Assembly: GCA_024346625.1 (NCBI GenBank)
Contig: AP024666.1
Span: 62,001-126,000 of the forward strand
DNA: 64,000 nucleotides
Direction: 5' to 3'
DNA from: Williopsis jadinii
Lineage: Eukaryota
This document shows positions 21,714 to 31,076 of this stretch, piece by piece. Under the pieces are notes generated by a model. The model had not been told where the DNA came from. It worked only from the letters and a program-made list of their open reading frames with translations, and did no database searches. Every line of letters starts with the position of its first letter. The stretch's first letter is position 1. The position numbers and the translations under genes were made by a program.

Positions 21714-22829
21714 ATGAACGAAAGACAACGCTTCAGAAGGCCAAAGCGTGGAACAATGAACTCCGACAAACCACAGCACATCTACCAATTAGACTCGTTC
21801 AGACTGATAGTGCTGAGGGTGCTGGAGTTGTTTGTGCACAAGTCGCTCGACGAGACGATCTCGCTGACGAAGATGGCACAGGTGATAAACACCAACCCGA
21901 TGTTGTTGTTCTGTAGGGAGCAGATGAAGCTTACCGAGCCCCAGGTTGACTGTAAGAAAGTTGTGACGATACGGGATGTGATACTGTCTATAACAAAGAT
22001 CTTCAGCTCTTCTCAGATACACATCATGGAGAACAACGACTATTTCCGGCTGAAATTGACCAGGGAGCAGTTCCAAGATTTGATCAGCCGGGTGTACGAC
22101 GCGTACAAGGAGACTGTACTGGAGAAAGTCAAGCTGGAGGAAGTTGCGTATAAGAAGCTTATGGAGGAGATTGGGAAGATTGAACGAGGTGAGATGGACA
22201 CGTTGCTGATTGACGAGATCGGCAAGAAGGAGGCACCTGTGGTGAAACCACTTACACCCGACGTGGATAGTAATGTAACAGGGGAACCGACTGGACATAG
22301 TTCTACGACACCACCACCGGTGGAACAGGACTCGAGCACAACCACGAGGAAGAGAGCACAAGACGATGGTGAGGAAAACACAAGGAAGAAGCCCAAGGTT
22401 GAGGCAGAGAAAAAGGCAGAGCAAGAGGCAGAGAAAGAGGCAGAGAAAGAGGCAGAGAAAGAGGCAGAGCAAGAGGCAGAGAAAGAGGCTCCGCGTGCAG
22501 TGCCGAACAAGAGACTACAACACATTGCTACTCCTCTCATCGAGAGCATCTCGTCATACAAGTACGCCTCAGCGTTTCTACACCCTGTTAACGAGTCCAG
22601 TGCACCCAACTATTACTCTCTGATCAAGAAACCAAGGGATCTGAAGACCATCAAACAGATGGTCAAGGACGGACGTATACAGACCAATCTTGAGCTGGAG
22701 AGGGAGATCTTGCTGATGTTTGCCAATGCCATCATGTACAACAAGACCGGGACGGATATCTACGAGTGGACCAAGGAGATGCAGCCGGAAGTTGACAAGC
22801 TCATCGAGCTGTTTAACGAGAGTAAATAG
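21714..22829 (+). CDS. EAF5: Eaf5/BRD8-like NuA4-TINTIN subunit with C-terminal bromodomain
   Basis: N-terminus resembles S. cerevisiae Eaf5 (LIVLRVL...ISLTKMAQVINTN...TIRDVILSITKIF...YDAYKETVLEKV); C-terminal bromodomain FLHPV..APNYYSLIKKPRDL...LMFANAIMYN; located next to TIM9/URA3. Start is ATG 21714 or 21756. Confidence 0.75.
   Translation: MNERQRFRRPKRGTMNSDKPQHIYQLDSFRLIVLRVLELFVHKSLDETISLTKMAQVINTNPMLLFCREQMKLTEPQVDCKKVVTIRDVILSITKIFSSSQIHIMENNDYFRLKLTREQFQDLISRVYDAYKETVLEKVKLEEVAYKKLMEEIGKIERGEMDTLLIDEIGKKEAPVVKPLTPDVDSNVTGEPTGHSSTTPPPVEQDSSTTTRKRAQDDGEENTRKKPKVEAEKKAEQEAEKEAEKEAEKEAEQEAEKEAPRAVPNKRLQHIATPLIESISSYKYASAFLHPVNESSAPNYYSLIKKPRDLKTIKQMVKDGRIQTNLELEREILLMFANAIMYNKTGTDIYEWTKEMQPEVDKLIELFNESK
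22401..22488 (+). repeat. Coding 12-bp tandem repeat (GAGGCAGAGAAA-like, ~7 copies, EAEK/EAEQ)
   Basis: Directly visible in the linker before the bromodomain. Confidence 0.9.
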
Positions 22830-22914
22830 GATACAGGCTAGAGATCAAAAGAAGAATAGAAACAGCTCGATAAAACGGTATTGTAAGTGGTATGTACAAA
22901 GGGGTGTGTCTTGC

Positions 22915-23181
22915 TCAACGTCTTTGCATCTGCTGAGTCAAAGCAGCGTTCTGCTCTTGGAATCTAAGACCGACTCTTTCCGAATGCTTGAGGAACTTTT
23001 CAGAGCACTTCAACACACAGGATTCCTCCTTTGATGATAGCTTTTCAGAGGTGAAGTCGTTGACACAGTCGCTGAAACAACGCTCAACGAGGTTGGAATA
23101 AAGACGCATAAAGTCCTTCATCTGCTTCTGCTCAACAAGCTGCTGGAACTGCTGCTGCTCTTTTGGGTTCAATTGGTCCAT
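22915..23181 (-). CDS. TIM9: Mitochondrial intermembrane-space chaperone Tim9
   Basis: [26 protein letters not shown]...[17 protein letters not shown] twin CX3C; divergent from URA3. Confidence 0.97.
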   Translation of the reverse strand: MDQLNPKEQQQFQQLVEQKQMKDFMRLYSNLVERCFSDCVNDFTSEKLSSKEESCVLKCSEKFLKHSERVGLRFQEQNAALTQQMQRR

Positions 23182-23337
23182 CCTTGCTACTTTTCCGCCT
23201 AGTTTCGATTCCGATTCTGATAGAGAAGCCCAGCTATGAATGGAAGAAATTTTTCACTTTTGTATGTCCTTTTTTTCACGCTTCGTTGCTTCGGACAAAA
23301 AAATAGTGGAGGCACTCGGTGGAGGGAAGCTATCCTC

Positions 23338-23367
23338 GAGATGAAAAATTTCAAGCTCATCTCATCG
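23338..23367. promoter_or_regulatory. RRPE (TGAAAAATTT) and PAC-like (CTCATC) elements in the TIM9/URA3 promoter
   Basis: GAGATGAAAAATTTC followed by CTCATCTCATC; a second reverse RRPE (AAATTTTTCA) lies near 23247. Confidence 0.4.
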
Positions 23368-23412
23368 TCCAAGTGGGACAGCAAGCTGAGGCTTCTGAAG
23401 AGGTTGAGGAAA

Positions 23413-24216
23413 ATGGTCACCACGTTATCGTACACAGAGAGGGCATCGCAGCACCCTTCGCCACTTGCTAAGCGTCTGTTTTCGCTTATGGAGTCCAAGA
23501 AGACGAACCTGTGTGCCAGTGTCGATGTTCGTACCACAGAGGAGTTGCTCAAGCTCGTTGATACGCTTGGTCCTTATATCTGTCTGTTGAAGACGCATAT
23601 TGATATCATTGATGACTTCTCTATGGAGTCTACTGTGGCTCCACTGTTGGAGCTTTCAAAGAAGCACAATTTCCTCATCTTTGAGGACCGTAAGTTTGCT
23701 GATATCGGCAACACCGTCAAGGCACAGTACGCCGGTGGTGCGTTCAAGATTGCGCAATGGGCAGATATCACCAACGCCCACGGTGTCACCGGTGCAGGTA
23801 TCGTCAAGGGGTTGAAGGAGGCTGCACAGGAAACCACGGATGAGCCAAGAGGGCTGTTGATGCTTGCGGAGCTGAGCTCCAAGGGCTCCTTGGCCCACGG
23901 GACATATACCGAGGAGACCGTGGAGATTGCCAAAACTGATAAGGACTTTTGTATTGGATTCATCGCACAGAGAGACATGGGTGGCAGAGAAGATGGGTTC
24001 GACTGGATCATCATGACACCAGGCGTGGGACTCGACGATAAGGGCGACTCCCTGGGCCAACAGTACAGAACTGTCGATGAGGTTGTCAGTGGTGGCTCTG
24101 ACATCATCATCGTTGGTAGAGGCTTGTTTGGAAAGGGAAGAGATCCAACAGTGGAAGGTGAGCGTTATAGAAAAGCAGGCTGGGATGCTTATCTCAAGAG
24201 ATGCTCAGCTCAATAA
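23413..24216 (+). CDS. URA3: Orotidine-5'-phosphate decarboxylase
   Basis: [11 protein letters not shown]...[12 protein letters not shown]...[18 protein letters not shown]; the real start is ATG 23413, and the upstream part of the track ORF is promoter. Confidence 0.98.
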   Translation: MVTTLSYTERASQHPSPLAKRLFSLMESKKTNLCASVDVRTTEELLKLVDTLGPYICLLKTHIDIIDDFSMESTVAPLLELSKKHNFLIFEDRKFADIGNTVKAQYAGGAFKIAQWADITNAHGVTGAGIVKGLKEAAQETTDEPRGLLMLAELSSKGSLAHGTYTEETVEIAKTDKDFCIGFIAQRDMGGREDGFDWIIMTPGVGLDDKGDSLGQQYRTVDEVVSGGSDIIIVGRGLFGKGRDPTVEGERYRKAGWDAYLKRCSAQ

Positions 24217-24289
24217 GCGTTGAGCTCTGGCTTGTATAGGTTCACTTGTATAAAATGTTCATTACTGTTTTCGGAAGTTGTAGATTGCC

Positions 24290-24352
24290 ATTTTTGCGCA
24301 AATTGACGCCAGTCTTTTTTTGCGCCAAATGTCAGTTTTTTTGCGCCAAAAT
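24290..24352. repeat. Short direct repeat CAGT(T)nGCGCCAAA (2 copies plus a partial) between URA3 and the carrier gene
   Basis: cagtctttttttgcgccaaatgt followed by cagtttttttgcgccaaaat, preceded by tttttgcgcaaat. Confidence 0.7.
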
Positions 24353-24410
24353 TTACTTCATCTTATACAACTGCAAAAACCATCCAATCCAATCCAGAAA
24401 GGACTGATCA

Positions 24411-25604
24411 ATGGTGGTGATTGACTCAAGTTCTGATGCTACACAACAGACAGAGCTCTCTAAAAAGAATTCCAGGCTTGTTGGTGTCGGATCAGCCGGT
24501 ATCAGGGCGTTGATGTATCAATTGACAACTCTCTATCTAAGAACACCACCGGCAAAGCTGTTCAGACCAACAAGGGTAGACTACATGGCTATCACGAGGC
24601 TATTCGTGAATCAGGACCGAGATAACGGTAGATCACATGGGTCAAGCCGACGTTACAACTTTTATAAGGACTCGTCGTTGGGCGTGCTGATATCAGCAGT
24701 GAGGAAGTTTGGTTGGAGATTTATACCTGAACGTGTATTACCACCACTATTCGCTAATAGTGCTACAGGGTTTGTACTGTACACCTCATATCTAACGTCT
24801 TTACAACACTTCAATGGACAAAAGACGAACTTCCTGGAGAATCCATCTCCAATTGATACTTTTAGAGCAGGTTTTGTTGCAGGTACTTTCCAGTCCATTG
24901 CAGCTGCTCCAATAGATGCCATATACGCACGGTCAACGGCAAATGAACTGCTGAAAGGTAAGCACGAGAACCTTTGGAGATTTGGATTTGAGAAATTGAG
25001 AGAGGTTGGGTTCTCCGGCGTCTTTGCAGGTTATGGGTTAAGTTTCATCAAGGAGAGCATAAGCTTTGCCATCTACTTCTCCACATTTGAAACCATCAAG
25101 AACCAAGTTTATAGATATACAAGGGATTCAATGATAAGTTACTACTACTACAAGGAGAAAGTCCTGAAGGCAAGTTTCGCTCTTACAAGGGATGAATACG
25201 AAGCCATGTTGAAGGAACAGGGCCAATTTCGGTTTTTGAAGACATCCTTTGTATTCATTGCTGGTATCACAGCATCTCTGGCACTCCACTTGGTTCAATA
25301 TCCTATTGCAAAGATCCAAACTATCCATTTACAGAGATTGGAGGCATTCGACTACTTCAACAGTGCAAAGAACTCGAGTTCAAGGAGACTGATGACCGTG
25401 TATTACAACTCGTACATAGACACGATGGAACATGTCTTATTCATCCAATTGAACTCCAGGTTGAGTTGGAAGGAGTGGCTATACAAGGGTTTCAAGAGAC
25501 ACGCACTATCGACGATACCTTCAACAACACTAGGTCTTGTTGTTTTGGAAGCGTTGAGAACAAAACTTGCCGATGAAATAGGAGATACATCGTTCCAATC
25601 GTGA
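24411..25604 (+). CDS. Divergent mitochondrial carrier family protein
   Basis: GFVAGTFQSIAAAPIDAIYAR (PxD/E carrier motif), GFSGVFAGY, LYKGF; fungal carrier-like N-terminus YLRTPPAKLFRPTRVDY. Confidence 0.75.
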   Translation: MVVIDSSSDATQQTELSKKNSRLVGVGSAGIRALMYQLTTLYLRTPPAKLFRPTRVDYMAITRLFVNQDRDNGRSHGSSRRYNFYKDSSLGVLISAVRKFGWRFIPERVLPPLFANSATGFVLYTSYLTSLQHFNGQKTNFLENPSPIDTFRAGFVAGTFQSIAAAPIDAIYARSTANELLKGKHENLWRFGFEKLREVGFSGVFAGYGLSFIKESISFAIYFSTFETIKNQVYRYTRDSMISYYYYKEKVLKASFALTRDEYEAMLKEQGQFRFLKTSFVFIAGITASLALHLVQYPIAKIQTIHLQRLEAFDYFNSAKNSSSRRLMTVYYNSYIDTMEHVLFIQLNSRLSWKEWLYKGFKRHALSTIPSTTLGLVVLEALRTKLADEIGDTSFQS

Positions 25605-25678
25605 GTTTAATATTCAAAATAAATATCACGTGTATATACAGAGGGAGTGAATCAATAAATAGGGCATCACAAGGATGA

Positions 25679-26791
25679 TTAAATAGTTCGTGACTTGTAG
25701 GAGGAGTAACTCTTGTAGACCAGCTTCCAGTATGAATTTTCAAATTTGGAATCAACAATGTTGAAATCGTTCTTTTCCAATGCCTGTAGATAACCATGTA
25801 GTGGAATAGCATTCATGAATGGAACAAACAAACAGTCAGGCAATCCACATTTCCAGTTCTTGGATCTTTCCAAGATCATGGCATCGCTAGTAGTGTCCAG
25901 GAACTTTGCCGTCAATTCTTTAACCTGCTTGAGCTTTGATCTTGCCGTTAAGAGATGATCATTTGCAGTGATACAAGTCTCATACACAACATCTTTCAAC
26001 TGTGTAGTGATTCTCTCCTTATCGATGTCCTCATGTCCTTGAAACAGTCTCAACAGATCTTCCTGCGATAAGTCATAAGAGGCCATCACATCGACTGGGA
26101 GATAGATCCTGTTGGTATGACGGGCATAGTACTGCGTAGCCAACACAATAGTGGCAACTCCGGTGGCTTGCCCCAAATGTGCACAGATTTCTCTCATGAG
26201 AATTGCAATGTCGTCATTCTGCTCTACCAGTGACACAGTGGAGGGCGATATCTGGTCTGACAGGAGAAGGTCCTGTTCCAAGTAGTTCAGCTGGGAGAAT
26301 TGACCTTCACCGTAGGAACACACTTCATCCACCGTACGGAACTCCTGTCTCTGTAAGAAGTCGTTACGCGTACTCAGCATCTGGTCGAAATGAGAAGGGT
26401 CAAACTTCAACTCATTCCGCAGAGCGTCCCTCAGCAGTATCCCAACAGGCTCTCCGATGACCCTATCGGCAAACGGGTCCTGGAACAGCTTCAGCAGCAT
26501 ATCTTCCCAGAATTTGATCCTGAGGTCCGTAGAGGTGAATCCCAGAGACGACTTCAGCTTCTGGTTCACCTGGTTAGGGTCAGAACCGGTGATCTTGGAC
26601 AACTCGAGGTTAAACGCCCTGATCGCAATGTAGGCATCTCGAGCAGGCTCAGGGACATAAGCAGAGAGCACGTACGACGACTTGTCGTACTGACGCAGCG
26701 CCTCCAGACACGCCTTCCGAGCCGTCGCCAGGTGCGAGCTGTATGAGTTGAACCTCCTCTGGATCAACGGGATTCTCTTAAACGGTCTCAT
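25679..26791 (-). CDS. NDUFAF6-like complex I assembly factor (squalene/phytoene synthase fold)
   Basis: Arg-rich presequence, YDKSSY..AYIAIRAFNLEL, RIKFW, HLGQATGV and RIYLPVD motifs; first ATG at 26791. Confidence 0.85.
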   Translation of the reverse strand: MRPFKRIPLIQRRFNSYSSHLATARKACLEALRQYDKSSYVLSAYVPEPARDAYIAIRAFNLELSKITGSDPNQVNQKLKSSLGFTSTDLRIKFWEDMLLKLFQDPFADRVIGEPVGILLRDALRNELKFDPSHFDQMLSTRNDFLQRQEFRTVDEVCSYGEGQFSQLNYLEQDLLLSDQISPSTVSLVEQNDDIAILMREICAHLGQATGVATIVLATQYYARHTNRIYLPVDVMASYDLSQEDLLRLFQGHEDIDKERITTQLKDVVYETCITANDHLLTARSKLKQVKELTAKFLDTTSDAMILERSKNWKCGLPDCLFVPFMNAIPLHGYLQALEKNDFNIVDSKFENSYWKLVYKSYSSYKSRTI

Positions 26792-27008
26792 TATCCACCA
26801 ATGGAGTGGCAAATACCCTCAGAATGGCTAAAAGAGAGAGAATGCTCCCCCATAAACATTGCCGGAAGTATCGTTGGTTCGGGAAACATCAACAAGAAGG
26901 GCTCAGGGCTCATAACCACTGGAGGAATTTGCCACTATGAGGCGATGAGCTTGAGGTTGATCATCATCACTTTTCCCTGTTTGGAGGGCCATTTAAGACC
27001 ATTTGAAG

Positions 27009-28181
27009 ATGCAGATCAAGGACGTCAACAGATGTGTGTACCTTGATATCAAGATCGACGATGAAAAGATTGGTCGTGTTGTGATAGAGCTGCTTGAGGC
27101 GGATGCGCCGAAGGCATCCGAGAACTTTCTACACTTGTGTAGGGGAGATGTTACTCTGAAGGACGGTACTGTGTTGACCTTGGAAGGTAACCATTTCCAT
27201 CGAGTGGTGAAGAACTTCATGGTCCAGGCCGGAGACCTGACATACGGGTCAGGCGCCAAGCTGGAGGACAAGGTTGGACTCGGAGGCGCTTCCATGTGGT
27301 CTGACGGCTTGATCAAGGATGGTGAGTTGGCAACTGGGTTCTTTGAGGACGAGAACATGGGCGAATTCTTGTCTACTTTTAACGTTGCCATGGCCAACAG
27401 TGGAGCTAATACCAATGCATCCCAGTTCTTCATCAATACCTATCCTTCACCACACCTGAATGGGAAGCACTCTATCTTTGGGAGGGTGATCCATGGCAAG
27501 TCCACTGTCAGAACCGTCGAATACGAGCGGATCGACGAGAACGGCACGCCACTGAGAAACATCGTCATTGAGGCATGTGGTGAATGGACCGAGGATCTGG
27601 GTGTCCCTGTGTATAACGCATCGTATAGCACACTGGCAGGCGACGTATACGAGGAGTTCCCAGATGACGATGACCATTTCGACAAGGACAAGTCCAGCGA
27701 GTCCTTCGAGGCAACAACGAGGATCAAGGACTCTGGGTCGCAATTGTTCAAGGCCAAGAACTACCTGGAGGCGTACCTCAAGTATAAGAAGGCCCTCAGA
27801 TACGTTAACGAGTTCATACCGGACATCGACACCGACGCAGAGTATGCGCCAAAGTTCGAGGATCTGAAGAAGAAGATCTACAATAACTTATCGCTGACAT
27901 GCATCAATCTGAAGGACTACACCAAGGCCCAAACATATGCCACGTATCTGCTAGAGTCTCCAAACATCACCACAACAGAGAGGGCAAAGGGCCATTACAG
28001 AAGAGGTGTCTGTCTCTACGAATTTGGCAAGTACGAGGATTCGTACAAGGATTTCAAAGCGTGTCTCGAGCTGAATCCGAACGACGAGGCAGTTAAGTCG
28101 AAGGTGAAGACGCTGGAGAACAAGCTACAGGACCTGAAGGATAAAGAGAAGAGACAATACGCAAAGTTCTTTAGCAATTGA
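27009..28181 (+). CDS. CPR7: Cyclophilin-40-type PPIase with TPR domain
   Basis: FHRVVKNFMVQAGD and SQFFINTYPSPHLNGKHSIFG, TPR repeats, C-terminal AKFFS; PAC motif GCGATGAG at 26942. Confidence 0.88.
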   Translation: MQIKDVNRCVYLDIKIDDEKIGRVVIELLEADAPKASENFLHLCRGDVTLKDGTVLTLEGNHFHRVVKNFMVQAGDLTYGSGAKLEDKVGLGGASMWSDGLIKDGELATGFFEDENMGEFLSTFNVAMANSGANTNASQFFINTYPSPHLNGKHSIFGRVIHGKSTVRTVEYERIDENGTPLRNIVIEACGEWTEDLGVPVYNASYSTLAGDVYEEFPDDDDHFDKDKSSESFEATTRIKDSGSQLFKAKNYLEAYLKYKKALRYVNEFIPDIDTDAEYAPKFEDLKKKIYNNLSLTCINLKDYTKAQTYATYLLESPNITTTERAKGHYRRGVCLYEFGKYEDSYKDFKACLELNPNDEAVKSKVKTLENKLQDLKDKEKRQYAKFFSN

Positions 28182-28194
28182 TGTATACTCATTT

Positions 28195-28290
28195 TGGCGT
28201 AAAGCTGTGTAAGGCCCGGTGTACAATGGCGTAAAATGGCGTAAACGAAAACGAAAGCGAAAAACAGACACGCCAAAACAGACGCGTAAT
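28195..28290. promoter_or_regulatory. Cluster of TGGCGTAAA x3, CGAAA and an MCB (ACGCGT) upstream of MMS21
   Basis: TGGCGTAAA at 28195, 28227 and 28237; ACGCGT at 28282-28287. Confidence 0.45.
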
Positions 28291-28371
28291 CTTTTTTTGT
28301 CCAAATTGGACATAAACATACCGGAACGCTTTCACCTTCTCCAAAGAACAAAGAGTAGAGATCAGTAGCAG

Positions 28372-29181
28372 ATGCAAATCCCAGCGTGCGTACCAATTCA
28401 TCACACATTGGCACAGGATGTGCTAAAGATTCGAGATGAGACCGTCCAGGAGTCCGATCTCATAGAAACAAAGAAGAAGCTCTTTGAAGCCGCGTTGAAG
28501 TTTCTAGACGAGATTGTTCAAACACCAAGCAGGCCGGGGGATGACGAGGACACGGGCCGGCTGGCTCCCTTAATGAAGCTCATCAAGTCGATTGATCGAG
28601 TGAGCGAAGCAGAGGACGAGTCTCGCATGTTCAAGCGGTCGTTCAACGAGGTCAGGGAGACGGTTTGGAACAGGATGAAGAACGAGCCTGAGCTGACGAT
28701 GGAGAACGTGGACATGTATGCTCAACGCGATCCTGAGAACACATTGTTCTCCAGGATCCTGGAGAAGAGGCTGGAAGAGGACTCGAAGGTCCTGGAGAGA
28801 AACAAGACGAGTGTCACACACAAGGACCACCTGTATCTGAAGAATGCTGCGTTCATCATCGACCATCCACTGGACCCACTACCAGATGAGAATGCTGACG
28901 ACGACCTACAAGTTGAAGGTGGAAAGGTGGACATCAAATGTCCACTATCGCTGAGAATCTTCGAGCAGCCCATGAGAAGCAAGAAGTGTGGCCACACCTT
29001 CGACTACTCTGCCATAAAAGATACGTGGAGGCATAACGTTGAGCCTTGTCCAGTGCTCGGATGTGGTTCCAGGATCTCCATAAACGACTTTGAACCGGAC
29101 GAATTGATGAATCTACGGGTGAAAAGCTTCCACCGTCTACAGAGAAAGCTGGAGAACGACGATAGCGTCGAAAAGATCTGA
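28372..29181 (+). CDS. MMS21: Mms21/Nse2 SUMO E3 ligase (SP-RING), Smc5/6 subunit
   Basis: DDDLQVEGGKVDIKCPLS...CGHTFD...CPVLGC SP-RING; synteny with URA3/TIM9/PXP1. Confidence 0.92.
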   Translation: MQIPACVPIHHTLAQDVLKIRDETVQESDLIETKKKLFEAALKFLDEIVQTPSRPGDDEDTGRLAPLMKLIKSIDRVSEAEDESRMFKRSFNEVRETVWNRMKNEPELTMENVDMYAQRDPENTLFSRILEKRLEEDSKVLERNKTSVTHKDHLYLKNAAFIIDHPLDPLPDENADDDLQVEGGKVDIKCPLSLRIFEQPMRSKKCGHTFDYSAIKDTWRHNVEPCPVLGCGSRISINDFEPDELMNLRVKSFHRLQRKLENDDSVEKI

Positions 29182-29345
29182 TGTTGTACGCTTTATCTGT
29201 GCTATGTAGTGCCTTGTAGTGCCTCGTGTGTAGCGGACATAAACAGAAAAGTGTTGATACCAGCGAAGTGAAAAATTCAACCATTCCCCTGAGATTTGTC
29301 TCGAGAAAGTGGGAGCAAGAGGGAGCAAGACGGACATTAAATACG

Positions 29346-30755
29346 ATGATTCGTTCTGTCCAGTGGCATTCAAAGAGGCTACAGCACTCGCTGGCACCAA
29401 ACATCTCACAATTGCTGAAGAAACCGCCTGCTTTGGACTCCGCGCTAACAGTCAACGGGTATGTCAAGTCTGTGCGCTCTTTGAAGAAAGTGTCCTTTGT
29501 TGACCTCTTTGACGGTTCCACTCACGAGTCGCTGATGTGTGTGTTGTCACCAGCTGATGCTGAGCAGCTGAAGACGGGACAGAGCGTGAGGTTCCAGGGG
29601 ACCTGGAAGCAGTCGAAGGGGAAAGAGCAGCCCTTTGAGCTGAAAACACAGGCAGTCGAAGTGCTGGGCGACGTACCAGCAAACTACCCCCTACAAAAGA
29701 AACTACACTCGTTGAAGTTTCTCAGAACGATTCCTACGCTACGCTGGAAAACCGGCTATCTGTCCTCGATCCTGCGGTTCAGATCACAGGTTGACGGAAG
29801 ATTACACCGGTTCTTTGAAGATGAAGGGTTCTTCAAGACAAACCCGCCAATCATCACGGGCTCTGACTGTGAAGGAGCCGGTGAGCTGTTCCAGGTTGAG
29901 TCCAAGTCGAAGGAGTCCCAGCCATTCTTCGGTAAGAGCGCGTATTTGACCGTGTCGACTCAGTTGCACCTTGAAGTGCTGTGCTGCGCATTGGGCAAAG
30001 TTTGGTCATTATCACCAACTTTCAGGGCAGAGGAGAGCGATACCAACAGGCACCTGAGTGAGTTTTGGATGCTGGAAGGCGAGATTGCCTTCATCGACAA
30101 CGTCCAGCAGCTGACAAAGTTCACTGAACGGATGATCAAGAGCATCGTCAAGGATCTCGTCGAGGACAACAACGGCATCGCTACCAACCTGCTGAAGTCG
30201 CAGAGATCCGAAGAGGGCATGGAGCAAGCCATTGGGAAGCTACAACAGAGATGGAGCTCTCTGTACACTGAAGAGTGGCCTTGTATCACCTATTCAGAGG
30301 CATTGGACATCTTGAAGCGTTCTGGCGTGAAGTTCCAGATCCCCGTGAGATACGAGGATGGACTCGCCTCAGAGCACGAGAAGTGGCTCGCAGGTGAGCA
30401 CTTCCACTCACCGGTGTTTGTCGTTGATTATCCAAAGGAGATGAAGCCCTTCTATATGAAGTTGAACGACGACAACAGCACAGTGGCATGTTTCGATCTC
30501 CTGGTCCCTGAGGTTGGCGAAATCATCGGTGGCTCCGTGAGAGAGCACTCGCTGGAGAAGCTCCACGCTGAGATCGAACAGAGAGGCATGAACAAGCAGG
30601 ATCTACAGTGGTATCTAAGCACAAGGGAGAACGCCACGGTGCCTCATGGTGGATTCGGCCTCGGCTTCGAGAGGTTGTTGTGCTATTTGAGTGGTGTTTC
30701 CAACGTGAGAGACGTCGTTCCATTCCCAAGAGCCCACGACGAATGCGAAGCTTGA
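29346..30755 (+). CDS. SLM5: Mitochondrial asparaginyl-tRNA synthetase
   Basis: Presequence MIRSVQWHSKRLQHS; DCEGAGELF, YLTVSTQLHLE, FRAEESDTNRHLSEFWMLE and PHGGFGLGFER motifs. Confidence 0.93.
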   Translation: MIRSVQWHSKRLQHSLAPNISQLLKKPPALDSALTVNGYVKSVRSLKKVSFVDLFDGSTHESLMCVLSPADAEQLKTGQSVRFQGTWKQSKGKEQPFELKTQAVEVLGDVPANYPLQKKLHSLKFLRTIPTLRWKTGYLSSILRFRSQVDGRLHRFFEDEGFFKTNPPIITGSDCEGAGELFQVESKSKESQPFFGKSAYLTVSTQLHLEVLCCALGKVWSLSPTFRAEESDTNRHLSEFWMLEGEIAFIDNVQQLTKFTERMIKSIVKDLVEDNNGIATNLLKSQRSEEGMEQAIGKLQQRWSSLYTEEWPCITYSEALDILKRSGVKFQIPVRYEDGLASEHEKWLAGEHFHSPVFVVDYPKEMKPFYMKLNDDNSTVACFDLLVPEVGEIIGGSVREHSLEKLHAEIEQRGMNKQDLQWYLSTRENATVPHGGFGLGFERLLCYLSGVSNVRDVVPFPRAHDECEA

Positions 30756-30942
30756 ACCACTTAGCCATGTTTATATATACAAGAAGAAGCATAGAACGTG
30801 TAAATAGTTTGATGTTGACGAGTAGCGTAAACTGACCAATCAGAAGCGAGAACGGTGACGTTTCCCCGGACTTTTCCCCCCGTCTCGGGCTGGGGTTAAC
30901 TATGGCTCAAATGTTGCTTCTGCCCTCTTCTTCAACGGCAGC

Positions 30943-31047
30943 AAGTGCTAGTGGACTACGACTAAGTGCTACTAGACTACGACCAAGTGCTAGTAGACTA
31001 CGATTAAGTGCTACTGGACCACGACCAAGCGCTAGTGGACTACGACC
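30943..31047. repeat. Minisatellite, 5 x 21 bp (consensus AAGTGCTASTRGACTACGACY)
   Basis: Five contiguous 21-nt units ending 30 nt before the PXP1 ATG. Confidence 0.92.
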
Positions 31048-31076
31048 AATTACAGAAGCTGGAAGAGTGAGAAGCA

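Noticed and set aside
21789..22609. Antisense ORFs with LCLF/SASF repeats
   Set aside because: By-products of the 12-bp EAEK repeat in EAF5.
23236..23412. 59-aa N-terminal extension of Ura3
   Set aside because: Covers the short TIM9/URA3 bidirectional promoter with RRPE/PAC motifs; Ura3 homology starts at ATG 23413.
30943..31047. 21-bp repeats as a CRISPR-like array
   Set aside because: The units are contiguous with no unique spacers, and the genome is eukaryotic.
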